Shown here: positions 8,151 through 15,087 of the stretch, one piece after another
How positions within the stretch are numbered: position 1 is the first letter of the stretch
Layout of the letters: the number at the start of each line of letters is the position of its first letter
NCBI GenBank assembly: GCA_049969615.1
Contig: JBMFOM010000042.1
Span: forward strand, 1 to 15,087
Direction: 5' to 3'
DNA: 15,087 nt
Source: a candidate division WOR-3 bacterium
GTDB lineage: Bacteria; Hydrothermota; Hydrothermia; JBDRYB01
Notes under the pieces: generated by a model
What the model was told of the DNA's origin: nothing
Databases searched by the model: none
What the model saw: the letters and a program-made list of their open reading frames with translations, nothing else
Program-made: the position numbers and the translations under genes

Positions 8151-8262
8151 AGAAAACTGACCTCATCCGGGCGAAAAATTCCGGTCCTGAAAGATAATTA
8201 GTCTCCCCTAATCTGCTTTAGCGATGGCTCCCTTTGAGCATTCCGACAAAACCGCGTATAGA

Positions 8263-8590
8263 GATGAGGGACCAAAATTTACGAGCGGAAAAAAGTCCAC
8301 AAGAGCAAAACCGTGAACCCAAAAGCCTTCCAGAGGAATGGGCTGAGGCCGCTGGTGAAAGGGTATCGTTTTTCAGTGAATTTGAATCCAGGCTTGATAG
8401 CATAAGAAAGAGGAACCCGGCCCGGCACCAGGAGGTTGGGGGGATGAACACTGTCCTCCTAGGGATGAAGGCAATGGGCGAACCATAAGGAGCAAGGGAC
8501 CACTTCTACATGAGATTCACCCTCGGTATAAACGCGTGGCTGGCGATCTTTATGGGGAACATACACGAGGCTGAGCGATTCTTTAGGCAA
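8263..8590 (+). pseudogene. Possible degraded gene (two in-frame ORFs separated by TAA 8486-8488, running into repeat B)
   Basis: ORFs 8234-8488 and 8510-8734 share a reading frame. The segment AWLAIFMGNIHEAERFF is loosely TPR-like. No family recognised. Confidence 0.25.
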
Positions 8591-8667
8591 GAGGGTATTT
8601 CCTCGGGGTTTTCTTGTAGTTATGATGAGGCACCAAAGAGACAAACCGGGATTTTTCAGGGGCTTCA
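8591..8667 (+). repeat. Dispersed repeat fragment B (3' part, ~10-nt internal deletion)
   Basis: GAGGG.ATT.CCTC...TATGATGAGGC...GACAAACCGGGATTT..CAGGGG.TTCA is shared with copies A and C. Confidence 0.85.
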
Positions 8668-8737
8668 CCCAAACTCAGTCCTACGCGTAATACAACCCAC
8701 TTTTATTCAGAGGATCATGCATTTGTATATTTGAAGA

Positions 8738-8974
8738 TTACCCAGCTAGCTTCTTCAGGGTCTCGAGGATTGTGGGATATGGTTTCAGGCCCTCCATCAC
8801 CACCTTCTCGTCAACAACCATTGTGGGGGTGATGTAGGTGTGGCGGGCAATCTCGGCTATGTCATGTACTTCCTCAACCTGCGCCTGTATCCCCAGCTCC
8901 TTCACAGCCCTTGTGGCCAGCTCTGCCATCTTCTTGCACTTGGGACAACCAGGCCCCAGTATCTTTATCGTCAT
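8738..8974 (-). CDS. Small redox-active disulfide protein (Thioredoxin_3, MTH895/TM0996-like)
   Basis: IKILGPGCPKC and cis-Pro motif ITPTMVVDEKV. GGAGG RBS and an ATGA overlap with the upstream stop support ATG8974. Confidence 0.9.
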   Translation of the reverse strand: MTIKILGPGCPKCKKMAELATRAVKELGIQAQVEEVHDIAEIARHTYITPTMVVDEKVVMEGLKPYPTILETLKKLAG

Positions 8975-9381
8975 TGCCATTCCTCCGGACTCTTATCAAG
9001 CTCCCCCGGATAATCCCTTGATGTTCCGAGCATCACCCAGAGGTTGCTGTAGCCTCTATCCTTGAGTATCTTGGCCGCGGAAAGGGCTATTCCGCCGTGG
9101 CCGCAATCGCAGTAGAGAACTATCATGTCGGTTGGCTTGACGCCGAGCTTCTCGTTGGACTTGATGACCTCGTATGGGATGTTTATGGCTCCGGGGATGT
9201 GGCCTTTCCTATAGGAGGTTTCTGACCTAACATCCACAATGATCAGGCCCGTCCCGGCGTCAATGGCTTCTTTCAACTCCTGGGGCGTGACCCACTCTAT
9301 GCCCTCAGCAGGCTTATCTTCGGCCGCCGCGGCCGGGAAAGCAAGGGCCAAAACCAAAGCTAAGCTTTTCATAACTCTCAT
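8971..9381 (-). CDS. Exported rhodanese-domain protein
   Basis: IVDVRS...YRKGHIPGAINIP and VLYCDCGHG; Sec-type signal peptide (KSLALVLALAFPAAAA). GGGAG before ATG9381. Confidence 0.9.
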   Translation of the reverse strand: MRVMKSLALVLALAFPAAAAEDKPAEGIEWVTPQELKEAIDAGTGLIIVDVRSETSYRKGHIPGAINIPYEVIKSNEKLGVKPTDMIVLYCDCGHGGIALSAAKILKDRGYSNLWVMLGTSRDYPGELDKSPEEWQ

Positions 9382-9382
9382 A

Positions 9383-10486
9383 TTATAACTCCCGTTCCTT
9401 GTAGGTTTCAATCATGACCCGCTGTTCTTTATAGACCATGAAAGCCTTCGCCCTGTTCCGCGCGAACCAGACCAGAACGAGCATGACCGGGACCTCAATT
9501 AAAGGCCCTACAACAGTAGCCAGGGCAACCGTGGGGTTAAAAACAGTTATGGCTATGGCTATGGCTATCTCAAAGTCTCTGCCGGTTGAATTGAAGGCCA
9601 CGGCCGCGGAGTCCTCGTAGTTGAGCCGGAATGCTTTTGCCACATAGAAAATCGCGATGAAGCTGGCCCAGAAGAAAATGGTCATTGGAACGGCCATCCT
9701 GAGGATCAGCATGGGGCTTTCAAGGATAAGGTCCCCTTTTAGGGCAAACATCACTATCAGTGTAAAGAGAAGCCCGATGATGCTGATGGCCGAGAGGACC
9801 TTCTTGAACCTCTCAAAACCCTGCTCTCCCCACCGGGCAACCCCTATTCTCCTGGTGAGAAAACCGGCCACCAGGGGCAGGCCCAGATAAAGCGCGACGC
9901 TCTCTCCCACAACCAAGGTTGATATTCCTGTCCTCCCCAGGAGAAGTTTCGCGTAGACCGGTATCAGGATCATCTGCATTACCGAGTTAAAGGCGACCAA
10001 CAGCAAAGCCAGCGCGTTGTTTCCCCTTGCCAGGTAAGTGAAGACTATGACCATGGCTATGCACGGCGCGAAACCATAGAGAACCAATCCAGTGTAAAGG
10101 TCTGGCGAGTTTCTCAGGAATACCCACGCGAGGCCCAGCATGAAAAATGGCGCGATCAGGTAGTTGTAGAAAGCCACTATGCCAAATTGTTTCGGACTTT
10201 TGAAGGCCTTTCCCAGGTCCTCAAGCCGAACATTGGACATGGCGGGATACATCATCAGGAAGAGGCCGAGAACGACGCCAAGACCGAGGAGGTTCGGCAG
10301 GTTGAAAACCAGCTTTCCCTGGAAAAGGGCTATTATCGCGTCAATGGGAGGGGTGAGCTGGTAGTTGGAGATTCCCGCCCACTTGCCTATGCCGATGCCT
10401 ATTGCCATGCTTATCACAACCCAGGCCGGCAACAGCCTGAAATCCTCTATGTAGTCAAGAAAACCCTTGTTTTTCTTTTGAGCCAT
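9383..10486 (-). CDS. acr3: Acr3-family arsenite efflux transporter
   Basis: LMMYPAM, APCIAMV, AFNS, VMFALKG, GRDFEIAIAIA and VVGPLIEVPVML. AGGAG RBS supports ATG10486. Confidence 0.95.
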   Translation of the reverse strand: MAQKKNKGFLDYIEDFRLLPAWVVISMAIGIGIGKWAGISNYQLTPPIDAIIALFQGKLVFNLPNLLGLGVVLGLFLMMYPAMSNVRLEDLGKAFKSPKQFGIVAFYNYLIAPFFMLGLAWVFLRNSPDLYTGLVLYGFAPCIAMVIVFTYLARGNNALALLLVAFNSVMQMILIPVYAKLLLGRTGISTLVVGESVALYLGLPLVAGFLTRRIGVARWGEQGFERFKKVLSAISIIGLLFTLIVMFALKGDLILESPMLILRMAVPMTIFFWASFIAIFYVAKAFRLNYEDSAAVAFNSTGRDFEIAIAIAITVFNPTVALATVVGPLIEVPVMLVLVWFARNRAKAFMVYKEQRVMIETYKEREL

Positions 10487-10497
10487 ACAGGTATCTC

Positions 10498-11640
10498 CTA
10501 TAATAGCGAGCCATATAGCCAGCCCGCGAGAGTTGAAAGGATAACCACTATGCCTATGTATGCCCCGGTCTTTCTCCATCCCATTATCCGGAGTAAAACG
10601 AGCATTGACGGAAGCGAGACCGCTGGCCCCGCCAGGAGCATAGAGAGCGCAGGTCCCTTTCCCATGCCTGAACCCATGAGTCCTTGAAGTATGGGGACCT
10701 CTGTGAGGGTCGCGAAATACATGAAGGCCCCGGCCACCGACGCGAAGAGGTTCGCCCGGATGCTGTTCCCGCCGACAAGCGCGATGACCCAGTTCTCCGG
10801 GACTAGGGCGGGATGGCCCGGCCTACCCAGGAGGAACCCCGCAACCAGAACGCCGCCCAGGAGAAGGGGCAAAATGAGCTTGGCATAGAACCAGCTCTCG
10901 CCGAACCACTCCAAGGCCTCATCCTTGTTCATCCAGGCTATGGACAACCCGACCACAAGGACGAGGAACGTTCCTCCCCACGCGAAACGCCACCAGCCCA
11001 GGAACCCCATGTTGACCAGGACAAGAAATCCAACCATGGCCACCAGGAGGGTAGCGTTCTTCCACAGGGGCCTGGAAGGGGCCTCTCGGACCCTTTCGCC
11101 CTCGTCAGCGAGCTTTCTCCTCTCCTCTTTTAGGAAGATGAGGTGCATTAGAAGCCCTACTATAACCGAGAAACCAACCGCGCCTATTGCCCTTGCAAGG
11201 CCCATCTCAAGGCCCAGAACCTTAGCGGTAAGGATTATCGCGAGGACATTTATGGCCGGCCCGGAGTAAAGGAACGCGGTCGCCGGACCAATTCCCGCGC
11301 CCCTGGTGTAGATTCCAGCGAAAAGTGGCAGGACAGTGCAAGAGCAGACAGCCAGGACTGACCCCGAAACAGATGCGACGCTGTAGGAGAGGAGCTTGTT
11401 CGCCATTGGCCCGAAATACCTCAGGACCGCGTCGTTGCTCACGAAGACAGATATTGCCCCTGCGATGAAGAACGCGGGCACCAGACACAAGAGGACATGG
11501 TTCCTCGCATAATCCTGCAGGAGAAGGAGGGACTCCTTGAGCGCGTTGAGAACCACGTAGTGCTCCCACGGGACAAAGTATGCGAGGAGAAAAGCCGTTA
11601 TTATCCACAGAACCCACTTCAGGTCTTTCTTCTCAAACAA
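10498..11640 (-). CDS. DUF318/ArsP-family permease
   Basis: HVLLCLVPAFFIAGAI, LAVCSCTVLPLFAGIY, FLYSGPAIN, FMYFATLTEVPI and LLAGPAVSLP motifs. Confidence 0.9.
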   Translation of the reverse strand: MFEKKDLKWVLWIITAFLLAYFVPWEHYVVLNALKESLLLLQDYARNHVLLCLVPAFFIAGAISVFVSNDAVLRYFGPMANKLLSYSVASVSGSVLAVCSCTVLPLFAGIYTRGAGIGPATAFLYSGPAINVLAIILTAKVLGLEMGLARAIGAVGFSVIVGLLMHLIFLKEERRKLADEGERVREAPSRPLWKNATLLVAMVGFLVLVNMGFLGWWRFAWGGTFLVLVVGLSIAWMNKDEALEWFGESWFYAKLILPLLLGGVLVAGFLLGRPGHPALVPENWVIALVGGNSIRANLFASVAGAFMYFATLTEVPILQGLMGSGMGKGPALSMLLAGPAVSLPSMLVLLRIMGWRKTGAYIGIVVILSTLAGWLYGSLL

Positions 11641-11643
11641 GGC

Positions 11644-11982
11644 TTACCTCCCGCATGTGCATGGGCCAGAAGCAAAGGGCCTCGCCTTTCCGTTCAGGAA
11701 GCTCCAGACAGCGGCCTCGGGATTCTTGTCTTCAATGATGAAGACCCCCAGGCCCTCGGCCCATATATCCATGAGAAAGTCCCTGTTCCCGTCGCGGGAC
11801 AGGAATACCTCACAGGAATCCCTTATGGCCTTCATCTTCTCTTCTCTATCTGGCGGAAGGTCAATCACGGACTGGCCGTTCCGGTTTCCCTTATCGTCCA
11901 CCGAATAAACGATGATCTTGGGCGCGTGGAGGGGAAAGTAAGCCACATCCGCGCCGGATTTGCTAGGTATGGCTATCCTCAT
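11644..11982 (-). CDS. NifB/NifX-like (FeMo-cofactor-binding fold) protein, divergent
   Basis: MRIAIPS start, size, and EAAVWSFLNGK end with a CTC tail. The usual HFG motif is replaced. Translationally coupled to the CMD gene (ATGA). Confidence 0.6.
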   Translation of the reverse strand: MRIAIPSKSGADVAYFPLHAPKIIVYSVDDKGNRNGQSVIDLPPDREEKMKAIRDSCEVFLSRDGNRDFLMDIWAEGLGVFIIEDKNPEAAVWSFLNGKARPFASGPCTCGR

Positions 11983-12275
11983 TCTCCGAGGACCTCCGCT
12001 ATTATTTCCCTTGACCAGACATCCGCGGGCCCACCGTTCATCAGGAGCGTCACTGCGAGTGTCTCGGCTATCTCAGCCTTGGTTGCGCCGAGCTTCATAG
12101 CCCTCTTCAGGTGAACCTTGAGACATGGCTCGCACCTGAGAGCTATGGATAGCGCTACCATCACCAGTTCCTTCATTTTGGCGCTTATGGCGCCATCCGA
12201 GGAAGCCTTCTCCGCAAGGGAGAAGTAGTCATTCCAGAGTTCAGGCGTCTCTTTTTCAAGCAGTGATGGTTTCAT
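11979..12275 (-). CDS. Carboxymuconolactone decarboxylase/AhpD-family protein (CxxC)
   Basis: DGAISAKMKELVMVALSIALRCEPCLKVHLKRAMKLGATKAEIAE; AGGAGG RBS. Confidence 0.92.
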   Translation of the reverse strand: MKPSLLEKETPELWNDYFSLAEKASSDGAISAKMKELVMVALSIALRCEPCLKVHLKRAMKLGATKAEIAETLAVTLLMNGGPADVWSREIIAEVLGE

Positions 12276-12276
12276 T

Positions 12277-12414
12277 TCAGCCTCCTATTTCAAGAGCTGG
12301 CCCTCTGCTTGCTATGTTTGACAGCTTCACATCGTTCCCGTCCGTGTCCTTTAGGGTAAAGTCCAACGCGGAGCTGGACGCCCCCAGGACGAGGCTTATC
12401 AAAAGACCGGTCAT
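12277..12414 (-). pseudogene. Truncated TlpA/AhpC-TSA redoxin (45 aa, below the ORF-track cutoff)
   Basis: GGAGG RBS followed by MTGLLISLVLGASSSALDFTLKDTDGNDVKLSNIASRGPALEIGG*. This is the redoxin N-terminal signature, ending before any CxxC. Confidence 0.75.
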
Positions 12415-12449
12415 GGTTCATCCTCCATTAAGTTAATGTTTTTCATTAT

Positions 12450-12758
12450 TCATCCACCAAACTTTACTCTGGAAACGGCCTCCGTGAGCATACCGAAGAA
12501 AACAAGGACTCCAGCGATCACCTGGAGAACGCCGGAGGCCTTCTCTAGGATATGAAGGTGGACGGTAAAAAGGTCCCCGAAGAAGAATGCGAAGGCGCCG
12601 GAGACCCCGCCAACGCCGACATAGATGGTTGAGAAACCCAGGACAAAAAGCAGAGAGGCGGCCAGGACCCTCCGGGTTGATCTACCCAGGGAGCCGGCCG
12701 CAAGCTCCTCAACCGAAATGCCGGTTATGAAAGAGACATAGACCGGAACCAGCGACAT
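12450..12758 (-). pseudogene. ccdA: Internally deleted CcdA/DsbD-beta cytochrome c biogenesis protein
   Basis: LVPVYVSFITG and LFVLGFSTIYV (N-terminal part) are joined to LHILEKASGVLQVIAGVLVFFG (C-terminal part). 102 aa, no cysteine, both PC motifs missing. Confidence 0.75.
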
Positions 12759-12775
12759 GTTATCTCCTCCAATAC

Positions 12776-12821
12776 ATTCTCATTTCCGAATATTATAATG
12801 CAATTTGTCGCCCCGGATCAA
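12776..12821 (-). promoter_or_regulatory. Promoter TTGATC-18-TATAAT followed by ATTC-N8-GAAT (candidate ArsR operator)
   Basis: -35 at 12816-12821 and -10 at 12792-12797. The 12-mer GAATATTATAAT (12788-12799) is identical to 13565-13576 at the arsR promoter. Confidence 0.6.
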
Positions 12822-12908
12822 ATTCCCTTTCCGCAGGTGGGGCAGGACCCGCCCAGAAACTGGTCAAGCTTGCCAGCAAGAAAGCTGTAGAGCGCGGTCT
12901 CGGGCCTT

Positions 12909-13066
12909 CTGGTTTGGGGGAGAAGCATTTTGTCCAAGAGAACAGGATTCTAATAGGGGTCCCCCGAAAAATCCCGCCACGAGGGCATTCCCTCATGGTT
13001 CTCATCCGGCTATGATGAGGCTCACGGATGGGGACAAAGGACAAACCGGGATTTCCGGGGGTTTCA
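12909..13066 (+). repeat. Dispersed repeat copy C
   Basis: 12925-13054 matches 7032-7161 at 108/130 without gaps (hand count). Internal inverted repeat at 12961-12976 / 13047-13061. Confidence 0.93.
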
Positions 13067-13195
13067 AACATGTTCTAGACCTCAGAAGACAACATTCCCT
13101 CCTATTCCTTTTAGCGGCCTTGTTATCCTTGGTGGAGCAAACCTCTTTGGGTTGAATCGGGAACCCATTAGCGGGTGAACTGCTATAAGCAATCC

Positions 13196-13561
13196 TCATT
13201 CAGATTCTCCTTCGCAGAAGATTCTGCCTTCTTTAAGGTATTCCCTGAGCCTTTCCATGTCGGATTTTACCGCCTCGTCATCCAGGAGCTCAGCCAGGAG
13301 TTTTCTCAGTGGGCCTGGTATGTTTCCCAACCTATATAACCTCCAACGTCCTCTCGTTTCCTGTATGACGAGGCCCGTCTCACGGAGATGTCTCAGGTGG
13401 TTTGAGAGAGTGGGCTGAGGTAAGCCTATAAGCCTCGCCATCTCACACACACAAAGGTCACGCGCGGCAAGGAGCATGAGGAGCCTGAGCCTCACAGGAT
13501 CGGAGAGAGCGGAAAACAGCCTTTCGGCTGTCTCTATGGAAAACCTATTCGTATTTACCAT
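13196..13561 (-). CDS. arsR: ArsR/SmtB-family repressor with alpha3 CVC metal site
   Basis: FSALSDPVRLRLL, DLCVCEM, QPTLSNHLRHLRETGLV and RGRWRLY. ATG13561 chosen because the longer ORF overlaps the divergent gene. Confidence 0.93.
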   Translation of the reverse strand: MVNTNRFSIETAERLFSALSDPVRLRLLMLLAARDLCVCEMARLIGLPQPTLSNHLRHLRETGLVIQETRGRWRLYRLGNIPGPLRKLLAELLDDEAVKSDMERLREYLKEGRIFCEGESE

Positions 13562-13644
13562 TTTGAATATTATAATTCCGAGGCTGGTCTTTCCGCAAGA
13601 TTTCCCTTTGCAAATCCACGCGCATTCGCGGCATACTATGAGTC
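13562..13644. promoter_or_regulatory. Back-to-back promoters for arsR (-, TTGCGG-18-TATAAT) and flippase (+, TTGCAA-18-CATACT)
   Basis: Minus strand: 13593-13598 and 13569-13574. Plus strand: 13608-13613 and 13632-13637. Each -10 box is 7 nt from its start codon. Confidence 0.65.
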
Positions 13645-14931
13645 GTGCGCAAGGGATTCCTTCGGGACAACCTGCTGACCTTCTCCGCCAGGATAGTGGG
13701 GGTTCTCTTCTATGTATTCTTCGGGGCCATTGTGGGACGGGTTCTCGGCCCCGATGGGAAAGGTATCGTCTCTCTATCCTTGATGGTTGTAACCTACACG
13801 AGCACAATAGGCACCCTTGGAGTGGATTACGGCCTCATTTTCCTGGCGGGCAAACGCCGCGAGTCCCTGAAAGCCGGCGTCGCCGCGCTCCTCTGGACAT
13901 GCTCCGTATCCTCTGTAGTGCTCTGCATCCTCCTATGGGTTCTCGGCCCCTGGAGAAAGTTTGCGGGACTGGCCGGACTCAATGACACACTCTGGCTCCT
14001 CACTATAATCGCCGTCCCGCTGAGCCTATTCAGCAAATCCTTTCAGGAGATATTCAGGGCAAAAGGAAATCTTATAGGGTTCAACGCGTTTGACGCTGGA
14101 AGGAGCCTTCTCTCGGCCCTTCTTGCTCTACCGCTAGTATGGTGGCTGGGTTTCGGCAAGCTGGGCGCTGTCCTAACGGTCCCCCTGAGGGACGCGATCC
14201 TGGTCATCGTGGGCCTTGTTGCCCTATGGCCAGTCCTCTCTCTTGCCCCAAAGGCAGACGCCTGGAAAAAGGTCCTCTCCTTTGGATTCAAGGCCAGCCT
14301 GGGCAACGCCCTACAGTTCCTGAATTACAGGCTAGACGCGTTTATTGTAGCCTACTTCATAGGCAGTTATGGTGTGGGTATATACTCTGTCGCGGTGGGC
14401 CTCGCGGAGCTCCTCTGGTTCGTTTCCGGCTCAGTGGCCCTGGTGCTTTTCCCCCGCGCCGCGGCCCTACCAGAGGATGAGGCAAAGAACCTTGCCGCGT
14501 CAGCAACACGGATAACACAGTTCATAACCCTCATTGGCGCCATAATCCTGGCCGCGCTGGGTTGGCTCGCCATCTGGATCGTCTATGGCCCGCAGTTCTC
14601 CTCGTCATACCTTCCCCTCCTGCTCATCCTGCCGGGGATATGGCTCTTTGGCTACGGAAAGCTCTCGGTCAGCTACCAGATGGGCATGGACAAGCCCCTC
14701 TACGGCACATATCTGACGGTGTTCTCGCTCGTGCTCATGGTTCCCCTTGACCTCCTGATGATCCCCGGGTGGGGCGTTTCCGGCGCGTCCATTGCGTCAA
14801 CCATCGTCTATAGCCTGGGCGGCTTCCTTGGCCTCTGGTGGTTCGTCAGGCACACACGCCTGCCCCTTTCGGCCTTTCTCTTGCCCCGGAAAGAGGATTG
14901 GAAGGTTCTGAGGGGGGCGATGGGGAAGTAG
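13645..14931 (+). CDS. Wzx/MOP-superfamily oligosaccharide flippase (polysaccharide biosynthesis protein)
   Basis: About 12 hydrophobic segments; GRVLGPDGKG, LNYRLDAFIV...VGIYSVAV and LMIPGWGVSGASIASTIVY. Confidence 0.9.
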   Translation: MRKGFLRDNLLTFSARIVGVLFYVFFGAIVGRVLGPDGKGIVSLSLMVVTYTSTIGTLGVDYGLIFLAGKRRESLKAGVAALLWTCSVSSVVLCILLWVLGPWRKFAGLAGLNDTLWLLTIIAVPLSLFSKSFQEIFRAKGNLIGFNAFDAGRSLLSALLALPLVWWLGFGKLGAVLTVPLRDAILVIVGLVALWPVLSLAPKADAWKKVLSFGFKASLGNALQFLNYRLDAFIVAYFIGSYGVGIYSVAVGLAELLWFVSGSVALVLFPRAAALPEDEAKNLAASATRITQFITLIGAIILAALGWLAIWIVYGPQFSSSYLPLLLILPGIWLFGYGKLSVSYQMGMDKPLYGTYLTVFSLVLMVPLDLLMIPGWGVSGASIASTIVYSLGGFLGLWWFVRHTRLPLSAFLLPRKEDWKVLRGAMGK

Positions 14932-14954
14932 AAGGGTTTTCGCCGAACAAGTTC

Positions 14955-15059
14955 GGCGTTCTGGTGAGCTCCTGAGTCTCCCCAGGATAAATCCTGGGCA
15001 TCCAGGCTTTGGCGTTCTGGTGAGCTCCTGAGTCTCCCCAGGATAAATCCTGGGGCATC
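14955..15059. repeat. Two-copy tandem repeat (period 56) carrying a REP-like hairpin
   Basis: 44 identical nt at 14955-14998 and 15011-15054, each containing CCCAGGAT-AA-ATCCTGGG. Preceded by hairpin CGCCGAAC-AA-GTTCGGCG (14941-14958). Confidence 0.95.
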
Positions 15060-15087
15060 TTTTTCGGGGAGTTGTGAACGGTGGTTT

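Noticed and set aside
11644-11982. Evidence of nitrogen fixation
   Set aside because: NifX-like domains are widespread in non-diazotrophs, and no nif genes are present.
12277-12279. Selenocysteine read-through of the TGA in the redoxin fragment
   Set aside because: The TGA is not at a CxxC-equivalent position, read-through meets another TGA after six codons, and it is out of frame with the CMD gene.
13562-13807. 82-aa N-terminal extension of ArsR
   Set aside because: It overlaps the divergent flippase gene and the promoters; the ArsR domain starts at ATG13561.
14955-15059. CRISPR array
   Set aside because: Only two copies, separated by about 12 nt rather than a spacer-length unique sequence, and no cas genes in the window.

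Overview
Bacterial chromosomal window, about 53% GC by eye, with no rRNA, tRNA, CRISPR array or transposase. Left to right it holds: a NYN/YacP-like nuclease, a CxxC lipoprotein, urocanate hydratase (hutU), a flavodiiron protein (fprA), an HhH radical SAM protein divergent from an ECF sigma/ZAS anti-sigma pair, a DUF4126 membrane protein, a minus-strand arsenic/redox cluster (arsR, decayed ccdA and tlpA-like remnants, CMD, NifX-like, ArsP-like permease, acr3, exported rhodanese, small thioredoxin) and a Wzx-like flippase. The most interesting signals are non-coding. (1) Five overlapping fragments of one unannotated ~230-bp dispersed repeat (79-83% identical in the pairs aligned by hand, both orientations, internal stem with a compensatory change) lie in five intergenic regions. 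(2) Five first-in-unit genes look leaderless. (3) Two unrelated genes share a 28/35-identical promoter with a TCCTG-N2-CAGGA palindrome. (4) A duplicated candidate ArsR promoter/operator, an ECF autoregulatory promoter and several REP-like hairpins are also present. All product calls come from motif recognition by eye, not database searches.
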